From: Anthoceros angustus | Taxonomy: Eukaryota > Plantae > Anthocerotophyta | Assembly: GCA_010909165.1 (NCBI GenBank) | Contig: VJWM01000011.1 | Span: forward strand, 930,001-994,000 | DNA length: 64,000 nt | Direction: 5' to 3' | Shown: one piece after another, positions 12,527-23,893 of the stretch | Numbering within the stretch: position 1 is the stretch's first letter | Layout of the letters: every line of letters begins with the position of its first letter | Notes under the pieces: generated by a model | Told to the model about the DNA's origin: nothing | Database searches by the model: none | The model's input: the letters and a program-made list of their open reading frames with translations, nothing else | Made by a program: the position numbers and the translations under genes

Positions 12527-15500
12527 CTACCTGGTTCTGATGGTGTCATTGGCGAATATCACATCTGGATTTCGGATGTGAGGATTGAGGGCTGCCACTT
12601 CCTTCCACTTTGAACCTGTTCCATGTACCCTGGATGATATGCTCCACAAAGACTCACCCTGTTTTACCTTTGTTTTTGATGGAGCAGGCTGCTTAGACTT
12701 GATGGCAGGATGCTTCTGTGTCTTGCCCATGCCATTGGCAACAAGCCATCGTGAGCCTGACTGTTGTTGCTTCTGATTTCCCCATCCCTTGGACTCCTTC
12801 TTTTTCTCGTCCTCGCTCGGCGTGAGACCAGACATTGTCACGTTTGTGATTTTAAACACGGGGGCTTGAACCTCAGCTTCTACCTTTGCTTTCTCAGGTT
12901 CATCCTCCTCTTCACTGTTTCCTTTTAAGGAAACCCGTCTTCCAATTCTTGGTTTGGGAGGAATGAGAACCCTCTCAGCCTGCACAAGTGCCATCATTGG
13001 AGCACCAACTGGCTCGAAATTCCTCAGAGGATCTCGAAGCTGCACTAACATAGCCAGTGTTAATGTGTCACCCATACAACCGCCAGCACCGAAGCTTGCC
13101 TTTGCTCCTGGAACACCTTGCCTTCCCCTTATCTTTTCCTGCTCACTCTTTTGGTTCAAGACAACAAGCTCTCTGTGATCCTTATGTACAGCATGATGGG
13201 CTGCCAGAAGAGCCAGTGTGTTTTCGTTTGCATCAGGCTCATCGTACACTCCAGCATCCAGACGCATCCACTCCTCCAGGGAAATGGCCATGGACATTAA
13301 TCCATCCACGTCACCGGACTGCTTGTCGTCTGAAGGTCGCACACCCTCCACTAAGGGCAGTGCTGCAACCCCCTCTAGCATACCGATACCCCTTCCTTTC
13401 CTTGGCACAGCACCTTCGATGGCCTGCAGCTGTTCCCATGAAATTGCATCCACATTGTAAGGGGCAGTTTCTTCTGTCATTTCAGCCTGTATCTTCAGAC
13501 CCTCCATGGCAAGAGACTCAATTTTCTGCATTGCCATGGGTGCGAGCTCCTCAAGGGAGACATTGTCATCATAAGCTTCTAAATCACCGGCTCTTCCCCA
13601 CCTCCCACTTGCACCCAAGGCAGGGCTGCTGAGGCCCCTAGATCCGCCTCGAGTGCTCAAAGCTCCCATACCCCCGTACTCTAGGCTTAGCCCCGTTCCT
13701 GTTTCACCTGGGGGCAAAGCATACCTGTATATGGCAACACACACCAGGGATTAGCTGTAACTTTTGCAAGACAGGAAGGTGTAATACAAGTCTGGAAAAC
13801 AAGGATACCAGTGGAGGAGATCTACGCAGACAAGTGACGTACCCATTAGCAGACACATAAGATATTCCATTGCGATGATTAGCACCCTCAAGGGCCATCA
13901 AACCCTCTGAGGCAACCAGTTCCACACTCTTTCCTGATATATCTTCCAGTGGCATCGCCCTCATGGCTTGTATCGCCATGTTTTCCACCCCTGAAGCTGC
14001 CATCCGGCGGAGAATGTCTACAGAGCTGGACCCCATCTCTGCAGGAACTACCACCGGCTTCGACACCTGCATAACTAACTTGCCGCTTATGTTGCTCGAC
14101 TGAAAATGCATGGGACTCATGGCCCGCAGGGAACCCCCATCTCTGGTAGCCACAATAGATCCAATATTTGGGGCAAGAGGAGGAGCATCAGGTAGCCCCA
14201 TTAAGAATGGGTTGCTACCGTAGGAAGCACTGTATGCATGTGCCGACTTCTTTGGTGGAGAAGCCTCAAAAGCTTTCTCGTTCAAGCCCCATTCTGCCAT
14301 GAGAGCTTCAGTCTCTTCATCTTCAATTATTTTGGCACGGGACTTGCTGCGCATGGCCTGATCTGCCTTTTTCAGTTCGGTCTCAGCCGCCTCCATGAAC
14401 ACTGCCAACTCAGCATCCTCGTCCTCAAAAAAGCTTGCATCAGGCTCTGCTGACACTTTTGGTGTAGCAGGGTCTAGGTCATCGATAAGCTCCTCAAGAT
14501 TCAAACCCTCGCCGATCTCATCATCCAGTTTGAACTCTGGCACAAACGTATCACCGAAACCGAGAGCTGACATGCTGGGACTGAGCTCCTGCTCGAACTG
14601 CTTCAGTAGTAGCGCCCGTGGGGAATTAGAGTCGCTTCCAGCAATGGATGCCGTGGGTTCATCGCTCTCCAACATGTCAAGAAACTCTCCGGCGACCAAG
14701 TCAACCTCATCGTCTAGGTCACCCACTTCCTCTGGTGCGTCCAGAAAGACTTCATCAGCAAGATCATGGGGTGACACCTCCTCCTTTTGGTTCACCAGCA
14801 CATTCCCGAACAAGATTGGAGAATCTTGGCGAGGTGCCTCCTGTTCACCATCATCATACCTCAAAATCTCATCAACATCAGGTTCCGCATCCACAAATTT
14901 GCCATGCACCATATGGTCCACCGTCACCTCCCTGCTCATAACATTCAGTGGCACCTCAATCTCATCTACAGACACTCCATCTTCGACTTTGTGGACTACT
15001 TCAGGCTTGTCATCCGGCACTACTAATTCAGCCTCACTATTCAAAGCCATTTCGAACTTCTCCAGCTCCAGCCTGAGAGAATTCACCTCCTTAACATCTC
15101 CTTCCTCCTCCTCCTCCTCCTCCACCACCACCACCTCCTCCTCCACCTCTCCTACTCCTTCTTGCGATGCAACAAGCACCTCCACCGGTTCCTCAACCAC
15201 CACAGCTTTCACTTCCTGCGGCACAGGCAATTCCTCCTCTGCCACCTCCGGCACTGGCTCCGGCTCTGGTTCAGGCTCAACGGTCTTCTCCTCCGGCTCT
15301 GGCTCAAGCTCCCCCTCTTCCTCAAAAACATGGTCACGAACAACATGCTCCAACTCACTCCCCACCCTGGCATGCACAACAGTCTCAGGCAGAGTCCCCA
15401 ACTCCACCCCCCGATCCTCCACCACAAACTCAGGTTCCTCCTCAGAGCTCCCGTACTCCGGCTGAGCCTCTTTCCTTTGCACCACAGCCGGAGGCACAAA

Positions 15501-17067
15501 CGGATGCAGAGCCATAGCAGCCTGAGCCATAGCAGCCTGAGCCTTAGCAGCCTGAGCCTTAGCAGCCTGAGCCTTAGCAGCCTGTGCCTTAGCAGCCTGT
15601 GCCTTAGCAGCCTGTGCCTTAGCGGCCTGAGCCTTAGCGGCCTGAGCCTTAGCGGCCTGCACCTGCTGAGCCTCCTGGATCTGCGCCTGAACCTTTAGCT
15701 TCCCTTCCAGCTGCTGGGCAAAGGCCTTGGACCGCATATCCCCACCACCTCCCCTTGGAGGCAACCCATTAAGCCTCACATCCAGCTTATACACCTTATC
15801 CTCCACACTCTCATCCAGACTCAAGTGCTCCATCCCCAGATACTCATTCAAGTCCGGCTCCGACATCGCAGGCGACAAATGCGCATCAGAGGGCCGCATC
15901 CTGGGCGTCCCACTAGCCGAATTGGGCAGGCTGCTGAAGGACCGCACCGCCCTCCTCGTCGGGCTCTCCGGAAACCTGGAACTGGAGTTAGTGAGCGGAG
16001 TCCTACTCCCCCCCTCCTTCCCCCCATCCACAATCTCGTACCCAAAGCTCACCAGCAACGTCCCCCCCCTGGCCTTCCCGGTAAGCGGAAAGCTACTCCC
16101 AGCCCCCGGCCCACCATCCTCCCCGTCCAGCGTCTCCGGCAACAGCTTCGTAAGATCCAGCCGGTGCTTCCCCAGCTGCAGCTCCTCCGCATCCAACGCC
16201 ACAACGCTGAGCGTGAAGCTCTTGCTCATGTACTTCAACCCGCTCCCCTTCCCCTCCCTCGACCCGTACACCGTGCTCCTGATCTGCAGCGTCTCCTGGA
16301 AATCAGCAGCCCCCTGGAAAACCCGCACGGGAGCCGTCTGCGCCCCGGCCTCCTTCCTCCTGCAGGCCACCGCCAGGCGCATCCCGTTCATCCCCGCCGG
16401 CATGCCCTCGATCCCGTGCACGTGCAGCGTGAAGACGCAATTGAACCTCTGCTGCCCAATGTGCGCCAGCGCGCGGAACGGCTTCCAGTTCCGCCACCCG
16501 CCCTTCTTCTCCAGCGGGGCCTCCAGCTTCTTGCTGAAGTCCAGATTGTCCTGCAGCCATGCGGGGAAATTGGTCACCTCGGGGAGCTGCTTCTCGAAGC
16601 CCTGCGAGTGCCAGGGCTGCAGAACCCGCCCTCCTTGCTGCTGCTGCCCTTGCTGCTGCCCTTGCTGCTGTCCCTGCTGCTGCTGCTGCAGCCTCTGCTG
16701 CCCGTGCTGCTGCCGGATGTGCTCGTCGAAGTTCTTGAGCACGTCGGCCTCGGCCTGCCGGAGCTGGGCGGCCTGGAGCCGATCACCGGGCTCCCGGACA
16801 AAGAGAGGTGGGGACGGGGCGGCGGCGGGGCGGGGGCGGGGTCCCTTCCCGGCCGGTCTCGGGGGCCTGGGGCCGGGCCGGGCCTGCTCCTCCTCTGATG
16901 GGCGATGGGACCTCCTTCCTGACGGGGGGCGGGGCCGCGTGGCCGCCCAAATGGGGGCTGCTGCGGTACAGAGCCTGGCTCAGGGCTTCCAGCTCCTGCA
17001 GCAGCTGCCCACCAGGCTCGGCTCTCCTGCCGCCCAGCGACGGCGACGACGGGGCCGAGCTCACCAT
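12527..17067 (-). CDS. PMIR: PLASTID MOVEMENT IMPAIRED1-related protein (NT-C2 domain, acidic middle, PMI1/PMIR C-terminal region) with a C-terminal LysM domain
   Basis: N-terminal GQLLQELEALSQALY; NT-C2 motifs (WNWKP-like WRNWKPFRALAHIGQQRFNCVFTLHVH, ADFQETL, LGKHRLDLTKLLP, GKARGGTLLVSFGY); C-terminal EEWMRLDAG and LVQLRDPLRNFEPVGAPMMALVQ; terminal KVKQGESLWSISSRVHG...WKEVAALNPHIRNPDVI (LysM). One intron at 13725-13842. A 1-nt frame discrepancy lies near 16924-16929. Confidence 0.9.
15511..15660 (-). repeat. 15-bp coding tandem repeat encoding (AAKAQ)n, about 10 copies
   Basis: gccttagcagcctg(a/t) is repeated on the + strand, and the protein reads QAAKAQAAKAQ...AAMAQAAMA. Confidence 0.95.
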
Positions 17068-17960
17068 CTCTTCCTCGCCTCGGCTTGCCCCCTTCCCCGG
17101 CTCAGACTGCTCTACCTTGCCAGCATCCTGCTGCTCCCGGGGGGCTGCAATGCGGCCGATCTTGGCCCCATGCGCAAGCGACGCTGACGGGGGTGGTGGT
17201 GGGTTGTTGGGGCCGGGGCATGCCAGCCGCTGCACCTCGACTGCCGGCACTTGTGGCTGGGAAGCACCTTCTCTTCCTGTCCAGAGAGACGGAGGCCTTG
17301 ACGCTGACGCAAGCAAGCAAGGCAGAGAGGCGAGGCGAGGCGAGGCGGGGCGAGAGACACAGAAGCGAGAGAGCCGGCCAAGGCCAGCTTGCCGAGGGGC
17401 TAGCAAACACCCATCCACCCACTCACCGGCCTCTCACACTAACTCTAGACCTGGGTTACGCTAACCTGAGTCAGCCGACCTGTGCTGGTGGGGACGGACG
17501 TCCTCGAACCGAGGGCTCCCCGCCGCTGGCCAGTGCGCGCCCGCTGCTTTCTTTATTTCAAATTTGGTTTGCTTGCACCCTCCGAGTCCTGCTCCACCAC
17601 CACCACCACCATGACCACCAAGTGGGGCCGACCCACCACGTCAGTATTTATCTCTACCGGATAACTAACTACCTACAGTACCCCTTTACCACCCTCCTGG
17701 GCTGTTTTCTTGATGATAATTCATCGAATTACATCTTAAACTCTTTTGAGGTTCAAAATATTAGAATTAAATTAAATTAAGGCTTCTCCCAATGATTTTG
17801 CTTCCAACGAGATATCACATGCCCAAAACCATCCAAACATGAAACAGCGAAGTTGATCCATACAACTCCACTTGGCCATGAACAACTCCGTCTATGGCAA
17901 GTTTGGAGATTAAGAACATTGTAAGCCAATTTTCCTATGCACCCACAGCATCTACAAGTA

Positions 17961-18123
17961 CTCACAACACGAAACGTTGGACGAAAGAGCACCAAACTTT
18001 TCATTGCTGCGATCCAAACGTGAGACTCCATCACAAAACTGCTCACAACACGAAACATCGAACAAAAGAGCACTAAACTTTTCATTGCTACGATCCAAAC
18101 GTGAGACTCCATCACAAAACTGC
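17961..18123. repeat. 81-bp tandem duplication (2 copies)
   Basis: ctcacaacacgaaac...gatccaaacgtgagactccatcacaaaactg occurs at 17961 and 18042. Confidence 0.85.
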
Positions 18124-19454
18124 TGGCCCAGAACAAGCAGTGAAGCGGCGGTGTTGGGGGACGCGTCCACGAACTCCCACTCCATGTGCACAAACACCGT
18201 CCCATGGTTACCGTACACGCACCGACTGGCCGACTCCCTGCATTCTTGGGAATGCTTGGTAATCATCCCTTCCTGACCTAGCTCATGGGAGTGATGTGGC
18301 CCTGCATACTACGGTACGCGGTCATTGAGGAGGAACCGAGATAGGTCCTTCCTCTCTCATAGTTGCAGATTCTAAGCTCCTGAAAGAAGCGGGGATGGAG
18401 TTTTCAATACATTCTCACATCGATTTAAACGAGCATTCGGTGTCTAATTTTTTTGTGCTTTGGATGGGAGGAGGGAGCAGGCCATTTTATACAACCTTCG
18501 GGAAAAAATCAAATTTTTCCAATACCATGTTGCCCGCGTGAGCCTCAATAGCAATAGAACGACTCAATATGAGTCTTGAGTCGTTATGTCCTTTAATGCT
18601 TACGTACATATCGATGGCAAGCTTGTCTTCGTGCATGATTGAAGTTTGTCCACATGGGGGGCCCACGAGGGACAACCTCCAACTTCAGCAAGTGTGGCAC
18701 AAGGAATAGGAGACACGATCCTTAAGCGCTGGATGTGGTGCTAATTGGGTTTTGTATTTTCAAGCTGGTGTAAAAAAAACTATTTATGTGGTTAGTCTAC
18801 CAAATAAACACTTAGTATGCTAAGCTTTTAAACATTGAAGAAGGTGCCTCTTTAAATAAGATATCCTGTGATTTAGTAAAATATGTTGTTATTGGATTGG
18901 ACAACCAATTGGTTGATTTTTTGATGATGTGGGTCTTTCATAGAGTGGTTAGTCTTTCATATGCAAGCAACAACGCAAGGCCCTTGTCATACAAAGGTAG
19001 CCCAGGTAATTAATGCTACTAAAGCTCACGTGAGTGGTAGATTGTCATGTGAAGTGCGACTTTGTACAAGCTCCTACTATCCACACCACATATCATGTGA
19101 AGTCCTATGGTTTAATATTATGCGTGCAACTTTGAAACTAGTTGTTGTCCATCGATACTCACCATGTGATTAACCTTCTCAAATGACTGTCACATCGTAT
19201 CAATCTTGATACAATCACCGTGTAACTAATCTTCTCAAATGACTTGTCACATTGCATCAAACTTGATATAAAGCTACTTCCAAAGACTTGATCCACATGA
19301 GTGTATTTAACAGCGTTTGTATTGAAGGGGCTTTGTCTACCTAAATAAAACCCAATCTCTTCTCCTAACTTACCACCGAACTCATAAGCAACCCTATTAG
19401 AAAGGGCAGCCTATGTTACAATCATTGTTGCAATTTTATGTTACACTTTTAGAT

Positions 19455-20249
19455 TGCAACATGCTTTGGAGGCTTGGTATTAAGTTGGTCACTTTCTTTC
19501 CTATGTGGTGCCATCATCTTAACACAAACCTGGCTCTCTCTCCTACCACCTCACCCTCGTAATTACACCCCCTCTCTCCCCCCTATCATCCTCCTCTCTT
19601 TATTATACCCCTTTCGGAGAACTATTTGTTATGTTTCACCCTGCTCTCTTCATTGCACCCTCTCTTGACAACTATTTGTTCATGTCGCCTGTACCAAAAC
19701 ATCACTATAACATGGTCTAGCAACTCTCACATTTCCCTCCTATCTCCTAACTTCACCATTGCTTTATCAATGTTTTTACTTGACCATAGCTATTCATGGG
19801 TTGAAGACTCACTTTTTTTTTGGTTTCAACCAGTCCTACAATGATAATAAATGTGCACCCTTCCATTGTGCACTTATATTCATGATGAAATTGGTAATGA
19901 TATTGTTGCACCACTTGTGGCTACAAAGGAGTTTCTCAATAGGCTAGAGGTCGATGTGGTCGTTCCTCGAGCATTCTGGCTTGGAAAGGATCCTAGTAGG
20001 GAGCACATATTGATTATGACTTATCATTCTATAGATGATCGCCTCCAGATTATGAAGGCTGGGTCTATATTACGGACAACTCAGTTATCAATGAGGATCT
20101 TACACCATTACAATGGAAGACTAAGAAGGAGAAGTTACCCGCTTTCAGAGCAGCTCGTGTTGCAGGTCAAGTGGCTTTCTTTCGTGGGGATGAATTGGTG
20201 GTATTTGGCCCTCATTCACGCAATTTCATTGACACTGTTGATTGATTGA
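19455..20249 (+). mobile_element. Degenerate LINE-like remnants (AP-endonuclease-like start and ORF1-like segment)
   Basis: IATCFGGL...AIILTQTWLS resembles the APE N-terminus (IATWN..GL...IxLxETWL). VVPRAFWLGK...HILIMTYHSIDDRLQIMKAGSILRTTQLSM resembles the L1-type ORF1 C-terminal pattern (RAHRLGK...IIVKF..DK..IL). Both are weak, and their order is atypical. Confidence 0.3.
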
Positions 20250-22540
20250 AGATTATTTGTCTTGTTTGAATTTTACGTTTACATTCATCCAGACTAATTT
20301 ACCGCAATCTGTGTAGTCATCATATTTCAGTCCCATGACGGAAATCCGTCCTTAGTGGACTTAAATAAAATTCTTTTTCTTCTTTTTGTCTTACTCAGGC
20401 ACTCTAATGTAACTTCCATCCCTTGCCCCTAACCAAGTACTCCTATACGTATTCCATAATATTATGTTATACTGTATAATATTCTATTATTAATTACATA
20501 TTATATTAAGGTATAAATTACTTATCAGTCGGGCCATCATGCCAAACGTTAAAATTTAGCTTAGCACCCATCAATACTCACTGCTAGTATAGACCGAGAT
20601 CAAACCCTCAACTTCCTAATTGTAAGAAATATGACTTAACCAATCCACTATTTTAGTTGGAGCATTAAGATCCTGGGATTTATTTATACGAAAAACCTAA
20701 ACATAATATTATTTGCCTATGTCTAAGTTCGTGGGCATGGTTCGGAGTGTCAAGTCCCTACTGGAATGGGCCAAGACCCATTCCATGATGTGATTTCCTA
20801 CCTCAAAATTTTATTTAATGCGTAACCAGACTGTGATGTGACGTTAGAGAAGGCGATGCTAGTAGGGCAGGGTCTTGGGTTAATAGGGAGTGACAAGGCC
20901 GGTGCGCGGTAGGAGGGATGTGTTTGGAGGGCCAGATCCGGGTGCTGTAGCACGGAGAAGGGCGAGTGTACTGTCACCAGCAAGTAATAGACATGTGTTG
21001 AGTGTGGACAATGAAAACAATGCAAGGGAGTGGAAGAGGTGGGTGCAGAGGGAGAACAATAGTAGAGCAGCCACAGCAGCCAGGGTCGAGGCAGGGGCAA
21101 AAAGGCGCGTAATGGACATGAGGCAGTTGTCTAGGGGGAGATAAAAGAGGGAAGACTAGGGGGGAACATTCAGGTTCGTTAAAGAAGAGCCAAGTCGGCC
21201 TCGTGGTCGTGGGGGCACGTAATGGCGGTGGCGCAGAGGAGAACATGGAGGTAGAAGAGGAGGCAGTCGATGAAATTCAAGATGTACCTTTTTAGGAGGC
21301 ACTGGATAGAGAAAAATAAGTTGTTGTGCTAGAAATTTGGGACATAAAGATGCGTCGAGATTTGCACAAATGGTAAATACAAAGTACCATATAATGAACA
21401 TATACAGACTAGCATACGTATGTAACTCGTATGACATACACATTTATTACATACAAAATATAATATGTTCGTACATATATCATTGAAAATATGGTACCGT
21501 ATATGTCACCGTAAATGATACAAGTATAGTACGAAGAACGTATTGATATGGTTATTTATGTGTGGTGGTATTGATGGGCGTATTAGTAGTAACGACTATG
21601 TAAAACTTGGTATTCCATAGGGCAAAAGTAAAAAGAGAATGGTAGATGGGGAGGAGGTTCGGTACCAAGCCTAGAAAAGTGTTCCCAGACTTTTCTTGTA
21701 ACACTTTATGTATTGCAATCTTATTGCAATCTTGAGCGAGGACAAAAGCACCTCTCACTTCATCTCAACATAATTGCAACACCCTTGCAACATGATTGCA
21801 ACAAAAGCGCTGGTCTGGTTTCCAAGCCAAAGTGTAACAAGGGGCCCAAAAAGCGTTACGTAGCCCCAAAATTGCAACATGAGTGTTACCTTCAGGGGTC
21901 CAAATCTTAACATAAAGTGTAACATACACTCATTTCTAGTAGGGCAACTCACCTCATTTAAGACGTGCCTATGGTGCTCTTGCGGGTGGAGGTGGTTGAG
22001 CTGCTCTAGCAACGGCTATATATGCAGCCCTAGGCGAGCTATGTAGCCTAGAGGGAGTGGATGCCCATGGTGCTAGTAGCTTACGCACACAATGGTATAA
22101 GTTGTCACGTACCAAGTTCCATGATTGCAATTCGTCCTCAGTGGACTAAAATAAAGTTCTTCTTCTTCTAATGGTCGGAGGTTTTGCAAGCGAAGAAGGG
22201 TGTCCTCCTTGAATGAATAAGGATTAGAACCTCCCACCGAGGTTATACGTACCATTAGTGTACACGAAATATATGTTTCCTCCTCGGATGATTGGAATCC
22301 CCATTTTCTTTAACTTCAAGATTAGAAAAAGAGTTTTCTTGGTCTTCGAGATTAAAAACCTTCACGCGGACTATAAGTGCTAATAGTCTACACGAAGTAA
22401 AATATATGTGCGAATAGTCTCTTTTTTCTATATCTTTCAATTATCTTATGCTTTTTTAAAGTCTAACCTATTATAACTTCAACTCACTTCTTCGTCAAGG
22501 ATTTGTAGGAAAAAATAAATATTATATTATATTTGATATT

Positions 22541-23128
22541 ATGGATGTTCATACATCAAAAATTGAGATGGAGGAGCAACAAGGACTGCATCTTGAAGTT
22601 CGACGACTAATAGAGCTTGCTCAAGAGAAACAAGCTTCAAATAACCTGGAAGAGGCTAATTCTTTACTATGTCAAGTATTACAACTCCAACCCAGTTCAG
22701 AAAATGCTGCGCACATGTCTGCCATTTTGAATGTGGAGATTGCAGCACAAAGAACAACAAGTACCAATATGGAACGGTGGTGGCATATCCTTGGCATCAA
22801 CCCCAACGCAGATGACAACACAGTCAATACACATTATAGAAAATTAGCTCTTCAATTACATCCGGACAAAAACAAGTATGCTGGAGCAGAAAATGCTTTC
22901 AAATTGATTTTGGAGGCCAAAAATGGTATTCTTGCCAAGAATCCTGCAGATCTTATCATGAAGAGTTCTTTTAAAGAGTATGAGATTAAGGTTGGTAAGA
23001 GTCATCATGTTAGACGTAAAAGTAATAAATCAAGGCGAGAGGCAGAGATGTGTTCTTATCCACTACATGGTCGAAGAGGTCATTGTCGTAAATGTAAGAT
23101 GAATATGAATTCTAAATCTTTAGAGTAA
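22541..23128 (+). CDS. Intronless J-domain (DnaJ type C) protein, truncated relative to longer plant homologues
   Basis: WWHILGINPNADDNTVNTHYRKLALQLHPDKNKYAGAENAFKLI is a J domain with the HPD motif, preceded by the helical N-terminus typical of this plant subfamily. 195 aa, AT-rich. Confidence 0.8.
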   Translation: MDVHTSKIEMEEQQGLHLEVRRLIELAQEKQASNNLEEANSLLCQVLQLQPSSENAAHMSAILNVEIAAQRTTSTNMERWWHILGINPNADDNTVNTHYRKLALQLHPDKNKYAGAENAFKLILEAKNGILAKNPADLIMKSSFKEYEIKVGKSHHVRRKSNKSRREAEMCSYPLHGRRGHCRKCKMNMNSKSLE

Positions 23129-23137
23129 TATTTTTTA

Positions 23138-23257
23138 TAACTACTTAAAAATATGAAATATTATTTACGTTCTTATATTGAACTAGCTGCTGTATTGTAA
23201 CTACTTGAAAATATGAAATATTATTTACGTTCTTGGATTGAACTAGCTGCTGTATTG
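23138..23257. repeat. 60-bp tandem duplication just after the J-protein stop
   Basis: taactactt(a/g)aaaatatgaaatattatttacgttctt...ttgaactagctgctgtattg occurs at 23138 and 23198. Confidence 0.9.
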
Positions 23258-23893
23258 ACCAACGTAATACGATATGGTCTTATCATATATTTAGGCATTT
23301 TTATACGATCTTTATCTCTCTTAACTTAATTCTGCATTCAATGCGGGGACTAACATCAAGATCTTTACAATGATTTAAACCGAGGATGCTCGATTTTTGG
23401 CAACTTCATTCCATGATTTCCTCAAGGGATTTTCGGTTCCGTGTAGAGGATTTTCTAAGAGATCTCGTCTCTTTCAAGATAAGAACCCTTAGTCAAAATT
23501 CACATCCTGTTGACGATATAGTGCTCTGTCACCCTGATCCATCAAGGCGTAAGCGACATCTTGTTTTAGGTATCCGAATTGCATCTCTTGAAATTCGTGC
23601 TCGTCTATAATGCACAGCGCATTTACATATGTCCATGAACTCTAGTTTCCATTTCACTTGAATGGATTACCCGTTCGGCTGGCAAGTTCCGTGAAGCGAG
23701 GGTTCACGCTCAGCCAACTGCCAACGGTCCGCGTTCACGAAGCTCAAGGGCGAGCCCACGCAGAATCTCGAGTGTGCAAGCGAATTGCATTCGCCTGCCA
23801 TCCTACCCCTTTGTGCCAGTGGCCCTGTAGCTACTCCTCGGGCGCGAGGATGGCACCCGCGGTTCTGTGTGTTTGAATTTTTAGATTGCCAGG

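Noticed and set aside
15727-17187. 486-aa + strand ORF (also 14395-15465 + and 15825-16898 +)
   Set aside because: These are antisense shadows of the GC-rich PMIR coding strand; low-complexity translation and no motifs.
22073-23128. Giant-virus (NCLDV) endogenous insert suggested by AT-rich intronless ORFs
   Set aside because: The J protein has a plant-type N-terminus and J-domain sequence, and no viral hallmark genes are visible.
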